This document shows, piece by piece, positions 50,187-62,150 of a stretch of DNA of 64,000 nucleotides. The stretch covers positions 1 to 64,000 of the forward strand of contig KZ538603.1 of the NCBI GenBank assembly GCA_000934665.2. The letters are read 5' to 3'. The stretch comes from Catajapyx aquilonaris (Eukaryota). Every line of letters begins with the position of its first letter. The first letter of the stretch is position 1. The translations under genes and the position numbers were made by a program. The notes beneath the pieces were generated by a model. The model was not told the DNA's origin and searched no databases. It saw only the letters and a list, made by a program, of their open reading frames with translations.

Positions 50187-52907
50187 GGGTGGTTCCATTT
50201 CAGATCAGCCAGTGAGTGAAAAAAGGTGTCAGGTCATAGTCATCGATTTTTTTGAAAAATATACATGTGAAACCCACATCGAATTGAACTCTTGTGGAAC
50301 AATCAGTTTTACCAGATTAAATTTAGTTATCGAGTTATTAATATTTCTTTGAAGGGGTACCAAAATCACAATCACGCGAAGACGCACTTTTTCCCGCATC
50401 TTCCATTGCTTTCAATGAGGATATCTCGAGAACTGTTCTGAGAACCAACATGAAATTTTTAACTCATGCTTTTGGAATGACACGCTGTTATGTCATGCAT
50501 AAATTTACCTCATTTAATGGTACAGTCACCTGCAAAAAAATCTCCAACATTGCATATTTTGGTCAAAATTCGCATATTTCGCAATTTATTACGGCGTTAT
50601 GGTAAACGTGACGGTTATGCCGATTATATTTTGTGATATACTCGGTGACCCCCTCCAGGCTATGAAATAAAATCTTCGTTAGCTCCGCGTGTAGTTGAGA
50701 TGTGCGAGGTGAAAATATGGCAACAAGCGAAAACATGCATATTTCAAAAATTATTTTCTCAAAAAAGCCATTTTTTAAAATTTATTTTTATTTTTTATTT
50801 TACAAGGAAGGGCATGGTATAAAATTACCTGGTGTCAAAACCCCGTATATGTTTTTTATACGTGAGATACAAACTTTTGAAAAGTCACAACTTTTGTAAT
50901 TGTGCTACAAAATGCACAATTCCAATAAATATTTTCTCGAAGAAGCCATTTTAAATATTTTATTTTTATTTTTTATTTTATAAGGTCGGACATGTTATAA
51001 AATTAAGTAGTGTCAAAACCCGGTATATATTTCTTATACGTGAGATATAAGTTTTTGTAAAGTAACAACATTCGAAATTGGGCTACAATATGCACACTTA
51101 AAATAAATATTTTCTCGAAGAAGCCATTTTGAAAATTTAATCGTTATTTTTTGTATAACAAAGTATCATGAGTTCGATTATAAAATTATATCAAAATTCG
51201 GTATATATTTGTATTCAGTGAGACACGAATTTTTTTTACAGTGATGATTTTTGTTTCTATGCAACAACATGCACATTTCAAAAATTAATATACGCCATTT
51301 TAAATATGCAATATTATTTTATATTTCATAAAGGAAAGACCGGTTCTGTCATAAAATAATATAAAAACCTGATATAGATTCTTGATGATACAAATTTATG
51401 AAAAGTGGTATTTTTGCTTTCGTTTAGTGTGTTTCAACATCCTTGCAGTTACTTCTGAAGTAATATTCGACATAAAAAATAAATGTCAACAACTAATCTG
51501 GAAACCTTCCATAATGGTCAACAGAAGGCAAGGGGGAATTAAATGCAAAATGGATACATATTAATTTCCCGATGGTGTAACCAACACACACTGTCCCATG
51601 TATGCATAGTCTCATACAATAATGGGGAGGGTTTCATGATGTTTTACAGTTTTATATAAATGTATAATTTCATGCATTCCATAGCTCATGAAGATGGTCA
51701 CGAAAGTGGGTCCATTTTACATTTAATTCCCCCTTGCCTTCTGTTGACCATTATGGAAGGTTTCCAGATTAGTTGTTGACATTTATTTTTTATGTCGAAT
51801 ATTACTTCAGAAGCAACTGCAAGGATGTTGAAACACACTAAACGAAAGCAAATATACCACTTTTCATAAATTTGTATCATCAAGAATCTATATCAGGTTT
51901 TTATATTATTTTATGACAGAACCGGTCTTTCCTTTATGAAATATAAAAGAATATTGCATATTTAAAATGGCGTTTTCCATATATTAATTTTTGAAATGTG
52001 CATGTTGTTGCATAGAAACAAAAATCATCACTGTAAAAAAATTTCGTGTCTCACTGAATACAAATATATACCGAATTTTGATATAATTTTATAATCGAAC
52101 TCATGCTACTTTGTTATACAAAAAATAACGATTAAATTTTCAAAATGGCTTCTTCGAGAAAATATTCATTTTAAGTGTGCATATTGTAGCCCAATTTCGA
52201 ATGTTGTTACTTTACAAAAATTTATATCTCACGTATAAGAAATATATACCGGGTTTTGACACTACTTAATTTTATAACATGTCCGACCTTATAAAATAAG
52301 AAATAAAAATAAATTTTAAAAAATGGCTTTTTTGAGAAAATAATTTTTGAAATATGCATGTTTTCGCTTGTTGCCATATTTTCACCTCGCATATCTCAAC
52401 TACACGCGGAGCTAACGAAGATTTTATTTCATAGCCTGGAGGGGGTCACCGAGTATATCACAAAATATAATCGGCATAACCGTCACGTTTACCATAACGC
52501 CGTAATAAATTGCGAAATATGAGAATTTTGACCAAAATATGCAATGTTGGAGATTTTTTTGCAGGTGACTGTACCATTAAATGAGGTAAATTTATGCATG
52601 ACATAACAGCGTGTCATTCCTAAAGCATGAGTTAAAAATTTCATGTTGATTCTCAGAACAGTTCTCGAGATATCCTCATTGAAAGCAATGGAAGAAGCGG
52701 GAAAAAGTGCGTCTTCGCGTGATTGTGATTTTGGTACCCCTTCAAAGAAATATTTATATCTCGATAACTAAATTTAATCTGGTAAAACTGATTGTTCCAT
52801 AAGAGTTCAATTCGATGTGGGTTTCACATATATATTTTTCAAAAAAATCGATGACTATGACCTGACACCTTTTTTCACTCACTGGCTGATCTGAAATGGA
52901 ACCACCC
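50187..52907. mobile_element. 2.7-kb foldback non-autonomous DNA transposon, Sola2-like (GGG termini, 4-bp TSD)
   Basis: Arms ~50187-51556 and ~51710-52907 are near-perfect inverted copies; the right arm lacks one ~170-bp internal repeat unit. TSD AGAA at 50183-50186 and 52908-52911. No transposase ORF. Confidence 0.85.
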
Positions 52908-52994
52908 AGAAGTAAATGAAATTTTCAGCTAGTATGATACGAGTAGATACTGCGGCAATTTTAAAACAACAGACACTCCTGCAGGCAGGATACC

Positions 52995-53039
<45 letters not shown>

Positions 53040-53042
<3 letters not shown>

Positions 53043-53434
53043 TATTATTATTATTATTATTATTTATATTTTTTAAATATATTTTTTATATATTTTTTAC
53101 GTTACCCCGTGCTAGGGCCATAGGCCCTTGTAGGGGGGTGGAATACCACCATTTTCCTTCAATTTTCTGATTTTTCTTCTAACTCCGGTGCAAGGATGAA
53201 AGGACATGAGGTAAGGATATAGGGATTTTTGGGGAGGGAACATTGGTGCAAGTGCAATGTCGGTAAAGGGGTCATGTGCAGTGCCCCAGGAGGCTAGGTT
53301 GCCAGACACCTCCTTGGTGCAGGTCAGAGACCCTCCTGACGCAGGTGAAAGGAAAGTTCCCCAGGCGGGGATCGAACCTGGGGCCTTTCACTCAGCAAGT
53401 CGAGACGTTACCATCACGGCCACCACACCTCCCC
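53040..53434 (-). mobile_element. tRNA-derived SINE, family B, lying within the tail region of family C
   Basis: On the minus strand: A box TGGCCGTGATGG and B box GGTTCGATCCC; bounded by (AAT)n and (AAG)n tracts. Confidence 0.75.
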
Positions 53435-53437
53435 AAA

Positions 53438-53439
<2 letters not shown>

Positions 53440-53468
<29 letters not shown>

Positions 53469-53479
53469 AAGAAGAAGAA

Positions 53480-53513
<34 letters not shown>

Positions 53514-53914
53514 TGGCTGGGTAATGCTTTCACCCATCAGGGTTTATCGCATGGACCTTTATTATTAGCCGTTGGTGTATACGTAGTACATGGCACCTAT
53601 TTAGCGTATCGCCCGGGCCTACGGGCAGGATGACAGGAGGGGATGTGCAAGGTGCAGCACGGAGGCTTGAGTCATCCAGGCATAGTATACTTGGATGACT
53701 CAAGCCTCCGTGAGGTGCAGTGCGTCTGACGCTGTGGTCATTTTTAGTGAACTCCCCCGGGTGGTTTAGTCTATAGGAAATACCACCCGAGACGAAGCCA
53801 GAGGTGACCCTGAACTCTGCACGAGATGAAGGGGGTGTCCCCGGGCTGGGATCGAACCCGGGACCTTAACATCCGTGGGCGCATACGTTACCGCAGCGCC
53901 ACTCCGTCTCCCCG
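53440..53914 (-). mobile_element. tRNA-derived SINE, family C
   Basis: On the minus strand: A box TGGCGCTGCGG, B box GGTTCGATCCC, (TTA)n tail. TSD GCAGGA(T/C)ACCAATA at 52985-52998 and 53915-53928 brackets both SINEs. Confidence 0.8.
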
Positions 53915-54508
53915 GCAGGACACCAATATAAATGCGAAGTGAGTCAGTGGGACCATATTGTGATGGACCAAAAGTACACTTAAGTTATTGGATTTATGGA
54001 AAAAATGTGTTTTACTTTTTGATCTAGCTAATTATGTTATGAACAACTGCCACTAAAATTATGGTGGATCGCAGTATACAAGGCAAAATCAATAATCCTG
54101 GAAGGCAGTATCATTTTCTAGCCAAAGGTTTTTACCTCAGTAGGCCCTATAGGCTGCATATTTATTTTGAATCCTGAGAAGGCATATTTACAAGTGAGTA
54201 GTATTCTTTTAAAAACTATTTTATCTCAATTTTATAATTGCAACATATGTACACTATAATAGTTCCTACCAATGCAATGAGCCGATCAGTAACACGTAAC
54301 AATAACGCTCCATGTATGTATGAAGCTTCTAAAATACACGATCTTTCCTAGCTGCAACAATGTCGCACACGATTTATGATAAATTTTGATGCATGATGGT
54401 TGGTGATTTATTTTATTTTTTATTTTTATTTTTATTTTTTGCATAAGCTGTCCTGGAACTGCCCCAAAGCTAAACTACCCCCCCCCCCCCCACCCCCAAG
54501 CTGTATAC

Positions 54509-54714
54509 CAGGGTGTTCCAGATTCGTGGGTCACTTTTTGATAACTGATATCGCCTGATAGCAGTTATTTGTGTAGCTTGTTGTGCCCCTAACCATATGC
54601 TCCTTTCTATATAGTACCTGCTATATTTGATCCCCAGTGGGTCGAATATAAAAAATAACTACTATCGGGCGATATCAGTTATCAAAAAGTGACCCACGAA
54701 TCTGGAACACCCTA
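54509..54714. mobile_element. Tc1/mariner MITE
   Basis: ~60-bp TIRs CAGGGTGTTCCAGATTCGTGGGTCACTTTTTGATAACTGATATCGCC and complement. Confidence 0.85.
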
Positions 54715-54895
54715 TAAGCTATAACTGATTGATGCAGTGTCCTCTCCTCCGATGTACGCCTACTTGTACGGGCACTAGCACAGGGAAGACTGTATAGCCC
54801 TACATGTTTCAGAGAACCGTAATTAGTGATTGAGCTTTCGACGCTTAACTCCCTCCGTGGAGCCGGCTACAATATAATTAATTAATTATGTAGTA

Positions 54896-55913
54896 CAGGG
54901 TGGACGGAAAGTTTCGGACACCCCCCCCCCCCCAGGTTTTTTAACCCTACTTTTCACAGCGTCTTTTCACATCTTTTAAACGTCCACAAGCAGTTCTAAT
55001 GTACACTATCTTTTGAAGCATAATCTTAAGAACATCTGAGCACCTTCGCTCTCGCAATTCCATTAATAACTTCGCCTCTGTGACTCATCTAAACATCCAA
55101 TCTGTTTTGCGTTTATTTTGCTTGTTGCCTTGGAGGACACCTGGTCATATTCTGCGTCAGATAAGGTTTTTATGACCCTTTTCCATGAGTTCCCCTTCAT
55201 TCAAGTGTTGCGAACTCACTCCTGACCTTATTTTTCGCATTGGTCCATAACTTGGTCCAATAAAAATTTGAAAAGGAAATTAAATGGCGGACCCGGATGC
55301 ATTACTTTCGAATTCTCACATTGGTACCATCACATTTGTCTCCATTTTTACTTTAAAATAATTTTTTGGTGCGAAAGGACGTGAACGAAAGGATGTGTCA
55401 CGTTGATTAATTTACCAAGGTAGGACTGTTTACTGTCCTTTCCCACCAAAAAATTATTTTAAAGTGAAAATGGAGACAAATGTGATGGTACCAATTAGAA
55501 AGTAACGCATCCGGGTCCGCCATTTCATGCATTCCTTTTCAAATTTTTATTGGACCAGGTTATGGACCAATGCGAAAAATAAGGTCAGGAGTGAGTTCAC
55601 AACATTTGCATGAAGGGGAACTCATGGAAAAGGGTCATAAAAACCTTATCTGACGCAGAATATGACCAGGCGTCCTCCAAGGCAACAAGCAAAATAAACG
55701 CAAAACAGATAGGATGTTTAGATGAGTCACAGAGGCGAAGTTATTAATGGAATTGCGAGAGCGAAGGTGCTCAGATGTTCTTAAGATTATGCTTCAAAAG
55801 ATAGTGTACATTAGAACTGCTTGTGGACTTTTAAAAGATGTGAAAAGACGCTGTGAAAAGTAGGGTTAAAAAACCTGGGGGGAGGGGGGGTCCGAAACTT
55901 TCCGTCCACCCTG
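54896..55913. mobile_element. Tc1/mariner foldback MITE with ~475-bp arms
   Basis: TA|CAGGGTGGACGGAAAGTTTCGGAC...GTCCGAAACTTTCCGTCCACCCTG|TA; spacer at ~55370-55443. Confidence 0.9.
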
Positions 55914-55924
55914 TATTAGGTCTA

Positions 55925-56663
55925 GTCAATAAGTACCCGCCCTGGCTGCGGGAGGCTGGTAGGTGACGGCGGAGGCAGGTGCTGCCAACCTTGGGTGCTG
56001 CTGTACTTGGCTGTGAGGTACATCCGCATTCCGCAGTCGCCAACCTGGCCAGCAGGGGTGAACGCGGTTCGCTGCGTAGTAGCTGCGGCCTGCGGTACAC
56101 AGTCGGAACATGTAGGCTAGTTCACGATATCAGACGCGTCCAAGGAGGACGAACGGGGGAGTGATTCAGTTCCTGTGTGCGGAGGGAGCGGGACCGAAGG
56201 CGATTCATACGCGCATGAGGACTGTGTATGAAGACACTTGCGTGGCATACATGACAATGAAAGACTGGGTCCGCCATTTCCGCAGTGGCCGACAAGGCAC
56301 GTCGGACATGGCATCTCCATACACAGAATCGCCTTCGGTCCCGCTCCCTCCGCACACAGGAACTGAATCACTGCCAATTCGTCCTCCTCGGACGCGCCTG
56401 ATATCGTGAACGACATGTTCCGACTGTGTACCGCAGCTACTACGCAGCACACCGCGTTCACCACTGGCCAGGTTGGCAACTTCGGCGGATGTACTATCGG
56501 CGCGGAAATGATACGGACACTTGTCAATGTTCAGCTTACTCCCAAGTGTCCGTACGGACCGTACCATTTCCGTGCCGATAGTAGCCTACCTCACAGCCAA
56601 GCAGATCAGCACCTGTCTCCGCCGTCACCTACCGGCCTCCCGCGGCCGGGGCGGGTACTTGAC
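55925..56663. mobile_element. Mariner-derived foldback made of two 5' ends
   Basis: Both arms encode the start of a mariner transposase HTH: VIQFLCAEGAGPKAIHTRMRTVYEDTCVAYMTMKDWVRHFRSGR on +, and MSFTISGASEEDELAVIQFLCAEGAGPKAI on -. TIR GTCAA(TAA)GTACCCGCCC. Confidence 0.85.
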
Positions 56664-56989
56664 TATACCTTTTATGTATGTATGTACAGTATGTATGTTG
56701 TAGCCTACGTATGTATAAATATTATAAGTATAACTACTTACAGTAAGTTAGTGGTTAGCAGTCCACACCGTCGCGTCGGACCTTCCAGTAGTACCAGATT
56801 TTTAGGCAAGAGAAGCCTGAAAGCCTTAATTTCCAAACTTCAAATGCCATAACGCCCTGCATACCTTTAATACCAGTCTTCTCTCGTGGAGACTAGAATA
56901 GTGGAATGAATCCTTATCCTTCCTTCTCCTTCTAGTCTATTTCGTGCGGGTATCTCTGTTCAAGGCATAGAGTCGTCTTGTATGTTGTC

Positions 56990-57037
56990 AAACCTGGACA
57001 GACAGACAACAAACTTTGCCTTTTATAATATTAGATG
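56990..57037 (-). mobile_element. Helitron-like 5' end
   Basis: Minus strand reads A|TCTAATATTATAAAAGGCAAAGTTTGTTGTCTGTCTGTC, a pattern typical of insect non-autonomous Helitron starts. Confidence 0.5.
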
Positions 57038-59422
57038 AGATAAATGTGGTCTGTGGGCATATCTAAAATCTACGTACAGTAGAGCCTACCTGTGCCTGCA
57101 TTATGCGACTGGCGCTGATACACCTAGAATGTTACTTGCCCCTACCACACCCTTGTTTCCCTATATAAAGTTCTCTCAAACTATTTCGCATGCATTTTTT
57201 TCCGTTTTAGGGCAGAAAGTTCGGGGGGTGAGGGAGATGTGGACTAGTTTTTGGGAAGGTTTTCAGAGCTTTTCTTCACAGATAAGTGCACTTGGGTCCT
57301 TCCGCACGATAGCAGAGCGTTTCGGCGGCGCCCCGTAGTCCCGTCCTGCAGGCGCCATCCCCAAAACTTTTACGTCTCTTCCCGCCCCATCCCTACGCCC
57401 CTGGTCCCCCAACCCCCAACCCCCAACCCCCATCTCACCCTCTCCCCTAAACTACCCCCTGCAACCTACTCCCCAACTCTCCCCAACATCCCACGCTTGA
57501 TGTAACTGCAATCCCCCAAATAGCAGTCCGGGTATAATTCGACAAATGAATTCATAACCGTGCAGAAGTAAAAGAAATGAAAGGCGCCATTCGCGTTTTT
57601 TTTTTCAGGGGAAGGGGGAGGAGGGGGTGGAAGGGGGAAGATTTGGACTGGCTCCAGTTTTATCGGCAAGCACACCCATTATTCGGCGAAAATATTGGAA
57701 ACCTTCCAGGACTCTTTCTCGCTACTGGGCGATACTATCACAAACTTTTCATTTAGAACAGGACTCAAGAAAATGCAATTAGTTAATGCAAGAATTAGAT
57801 TAGCATAAGTGTGGGGCAGGACCGAACCTGGGGTACGTTCTAATTGCACTGTTTAATGAAGAGTGTTTAATCACTTCTGTCCTTACTTATCTGCAGGCTA
57901 CTACATCGCTGTTGGTGATGACTATTCGTGTCCAGTGCAACTTGGACATGAACTACTTTTCTCATAATTTTATTATCGCATGATTAAAATAACTACAAAT
58001 GCAGCACTTTCTTGAATGAGAGGCTTACACAACTTGGGGTGGATTTCACACAGTAGGTCCTATAACTTTCCTGGACAAGTTCCCTGCATAATTTGCGAAT
58101 TTTTGAAATCAAGTAACGAGTTTGCGCAAAACATGATAACTATGAACGTAATTATGAAAGAAGAGGGGGAGGAAGAAAAATCAAATGCCGATTTAGTTCG
58201 AGATCTAAGCCAGTTACAATATTTCAGTATATACTGAAGCAATCTAGGCTAATGCCTAATGGTTAGGAGTTCATAATTATATACTACCTTTCTGGAGGTC
58301 CTTGCTTCGACACCCGGTGCCGACACTCCAGATTTGGATTTTTTGCGGAGTTCTATATAGTGTAGTCCCTTTTCTAGACACCTCTTCCTATACCACCCCT
58401 AATTTTGTCCGTACTGCACAACAAACGCAGGGTATATCGTCTGGTAACATTGCGCGTCACCACATCGCATCACACCAGTCTACCGCTTCTGCCTGCATGG
58501 ACGGTAAATGCAATTAAATTACGCCATTCTAGTAAATTGAAATGAATGGAATGAGACGCAGCTCATTTCACTGATGCATGGAAATGTGCGATGAATATCC
58601 TCCATGCCAGTGCTGAATTCGTTGGCATTGGACATTCAGTCAGCGGGAATGGTAAGAGAAACATGTTGCAAAATCTACCATCGTCCACGGCATATGAGGT
58701 GAGACTTTTCCCTGGATAAGCGAAAGGGGCCTATATTTCGCGATGATAGGCGGCGGCATGTTGGATGTGTGTATGGAAGAGGTTGAGGCGTGGGTTGAGG
58801 GAAGCAGGAAAACGAGTCTGCGGAGAGCTGGGTTGGGGTGGGTCACGGGTGAGTCAGGCAGTTCTCTGAGGGGAAACTGGGTATGGATCAGGGAGAGGGC
58901 GAGGGATGGTCCGGAACTTACAAAAGGGACGTCATCCAACTTCCGGCACCGATTTGTAGTAGCCACACCCTTAGAAGAGGGTTCTAGTGAAAATGCAGTC
59001 TAATGTGTCTCAGAGTAACCCAGGCCTAGACTGATTTGTGCAGCATGGGCGCCACGGTTCGTTTTTAAAACGTTGCAGACTGTAGAATAAAATATAGCCC
59101 TTTCTACCACTCTGCCGGCGTCGGTGCTCATACTTCATGGTAATCAAAAATTATTTATGTCCTTTTGTAAGGTAGGTTCAAAGCCTCGAGGGAATAAGAA
59201 TGCGGCTGTAAAGCAGATGCGACACGGAAAAATGGGTTTTCGGGGAAGCTTAATAAAAATGAAATCTTCGGTTACTCTCGAAAAACCAGTCAATCTTGAC
59301 TGGTTTGTTCTCATCGCTTTTCTATACGAGTGCGACTTTCAGAATCTGAATATTTTGGTACAGAAAAAGAGGCAAGTCTTCCGCTTCGCACCATATATGC
59401 AACATCAGCATACTGTGGCAGA

Positions 59423-60141
59423 TAGAGTCCGGATTTTTAGGCACGAAAAAAACCCGAAATAGGCACGAAAAAACCTCAAATAGGCACAAAAATTTGTACT
59501 TTTTCGGAAGTATGGAGGATAATGTTACAGAAAATAAGAAAAGCTAGAATAATTTTACAGGCCTAAACTATATAATATAAGGTCGCAAACCGCAGCAAAA
59601 ACCGAATAACAACTATAAATTGACAGGAAATCACGAAACCTGGGCAAAAGATACAAAGTGCAAGTACGTATCACTTTCTCTGGACTCTATAACCGCTTGT
59701 AGCCAGTTTCCACTTGCACAATATGTTTCCAAATATTTTTCTAAATATTTCCTCTGTTTGGAACAATCAGAGGTAAATTTAGAAAAATATTTGGCATATA
59801 CGCGTCACGGAAACATGATTCGTACAGTATTAACTTCTTAACGATTTTGGACCTTTCAGGAGCACAAAAAATACTCCACAAAAAGAACCCAACATGCCTC
59901 TAAAGAAATAGTCCAAAAAGTCCAGAAATTGCTTCAAAAAGTACAAAAACTATACCAAAAAAGGCCAAATAGGCAGGAAAAGTCGCAAAAAGCCAGAATA
60001 GGCCAAATACAGTACTTCCCAAAACCACGAAATAGGCCATTTTAGGCACTATAAAACCTGCATTTTCCACATCCTTATGAAACGGATAGATCTCTTCACA
60101 AAACCATCCCAACTGCGCCATTTGCCAAAATCCGGACTCTA
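59423..60141. mobile_element. hAT-like MITE with AAATAGGCAC subterminal repeats
   Basis: TIRs TAGAGTCCGGATTTT and AAAATCCGGACTCTA; the TSD is degenerate. Confidence 0.7.
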
Positions 60142-60259
60142 GTGATAAAATATTTGACAAATTCACACTGATTCGGTCGAAGGAGATTCTAAAGCACTAG
60201 AAAGAATAGGGAAAGAACAGCAGTGGAGAGCAACGAGAGCAATCTTCTCTGGATCAGTA

Positions 60260-61243
60260 CAGGGTGAGCGTATGCGCGGATTTTGAAATAGTCCTATAGC
60301 CCTGTATATAACTCTGAAACCTGTAGACATATATCTTAATGATTTAAGTTTTGAAATTCTAAGAAATGTCTAACGCAGTGGTTCCCTTTTCGGGTCGCGA
60401 CCACTTTTTATGATAGTCAAGCAACCTCCACCNNCCCCCCCCCCCCCCCGCCCCCCGGCCCGAGTGTTAGTAGGTGTTGAAAAAAACCTCCGCGATGAAA
60501 TTTCCTCTAGCCTACATTTAAAAAAAAGTTTCTTAAAATTTTAGTAATTTTTTAATTTAAAAAATTTTCCGCGGCCACGCGCGACCCCCCGGAAAAGGCT
60601 TCACGACACCCAGGTTGGAAACCACTGGTCTAGCGTTTTGGTCTTACCACATTTTGTTTCGATATTAACTCCATTTGTCGCTAGGAAAATGTAAATACTG
60701 TCATCAGTGGCGTTCCTAACCCACCCAGACATGTCTGGCGTTACCGTTGCATTATTTTCCCGTAGATGGAGATGCCGAATCTTTCCACCATACATGAAAA
60801 AAAGCAGGGTAATATCTGGGCTTCTGAGGGGGCTAGGCATGTGGAAACTTTTCATTCAAGACTTTGCACAGTGGGAGGCTGAACAAATGAAACTGTCATA
60901 CGGCAGGTTTGTTTCATATGGATCATGGATGAGGCGACTTTTTATTTGAATCATCAAGAACAATGTGTGTGGTGTAAAGATCCGAGATATCCAGCACCTA
61001 CGGGATAGGATTGCAACGGTAACTCCAGATATCATTTGGCAGGTTGGGCACGAGACCGAATATAGTTTTAAAAAAAATTTGCCGAGCGACAAATGAAGCT
61101 CATATAGAAACAAACTAAGGTGAGCCCATAACTTTAGACATTTTAGTCTTAGCATTTCAAAAGTGAAACCATTTAGATATGTCTACAAGTTTTCGAGTTA
61201 TAGGGCCGTTTCAAAATCCGCGCATTCATTTTAGTTCACCATG
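60260..61243. mobile_element. Tc1/mariner-superfamily foldback made of two 3' ends
   Basis: Both arms encode a transposase C-terminus pointing outward: RSPDIT..FF..GKIR...ATVTPDM...ATNGVNIETK on -, and DFFI...KIRDIQHLRDRIATVTPD...RATNEAHIETN* on +. Termini TA|CAGGGTGA and TCACCATG|TA. Confidence 0.8.
60376..60627. mobile_element. hAT MITE nested in the foldback arm
   Basis: TIRs CAGTGGTTCCC and GGAAACCACTG; 8-bp TSD GTCTAACG / GTCTAGCG. Confidence 0.85.
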
Positions 61244-62019
61244 TACTTCCAGCTGTCCAACGACGGCATATTTGGTCAGAAAAACCTACAAGCCCGTTGG
61301 AGTTAAATCAAATGCGATCTGACGCAAGTTGGTGAGCTTTCCAACTCCGTTTAGAAAACATTCGTCGTTTGCATCATTTGAGCTGTCATTTTCAGCTTTT
61401 CAAGTTAGCTTACACTTGGCCAATAGCAGAGCTTCGGGCATTCGTATACTCGGGCTTTCCATCTGAAACCTCTCCAGTTGTCCAATTTTACTCATTACTA
61501 ACACTTGCCAATCAATCCTCAGATTCGGTCATTGTAAGGGCGGTGAATGCACTGCATGATACCGATACGTGATGACATCACGCACGATTAGCTTGAGCAA
61601 GAAAATATGCACATCATGTCCTTCTCTCTATCAGTGACGTCAAGTACACGCTTTTCATGTGACACAAGGTTCATGTAAGATTTAACCAAGGATTCCATTG
61701 TGGTGCTTGCGCCAGCCAAACCTTGCGAAAATTCCTCGAGGTCCGGATACGGATAGGATGTGGCCACAACTCCCAAAATATTGTCGCAGTCGACGTAGAC
61801 TCACCGTCAGCGTCACCTTCTTGAGCGACGGCGACTTCTTTAGCTGAGAGCGAGACGCACAGGTCAGTGCGTAAATCACAGGTCAGTGCGTAAATCACGT
61901 GTCACCTCCATGGTCTTCCATAGCTTGGAATCATTCTGGACAACCTCCTCAGACCTGCCTCAGACTTGTCATTTTTGGTCAGAAAATGAAAAATCTTGCC
62001 CTTGATGTCACTGTTTGGT

Positions 62020-62150
62020 GTTGAACAGATCAACTCCTGGGCTAGGTGCGGCTGCCAGTGCCAGTGGTCACTCAAATAATTATGTCGTAGCCGCTTATAG
62101 TGAATATATATTTCCGATAACTGTTCGGACAAAAAAGTTGAATCACCCTG
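62020..62150. mobile_element. Tc1/mariner-type terminus related to 1-158
   Basis: CTGTTCGGACAAAAAAGTTGAATCACCCTG followed by TA. Confidence 0.5.

Noticed and set aside
58640..58966. LINE reverse-transcriptase remnant (YRPLSL...GKV)
   Set aside because: Only one short motif and no other RT blocks visible; possible but unsupported.
61682..61879. RRM-like peptide (LRQYFGSCGHILSVS)
   Set aside because: No clear RNP1/RNP2 motifs and no consistent exon structure.
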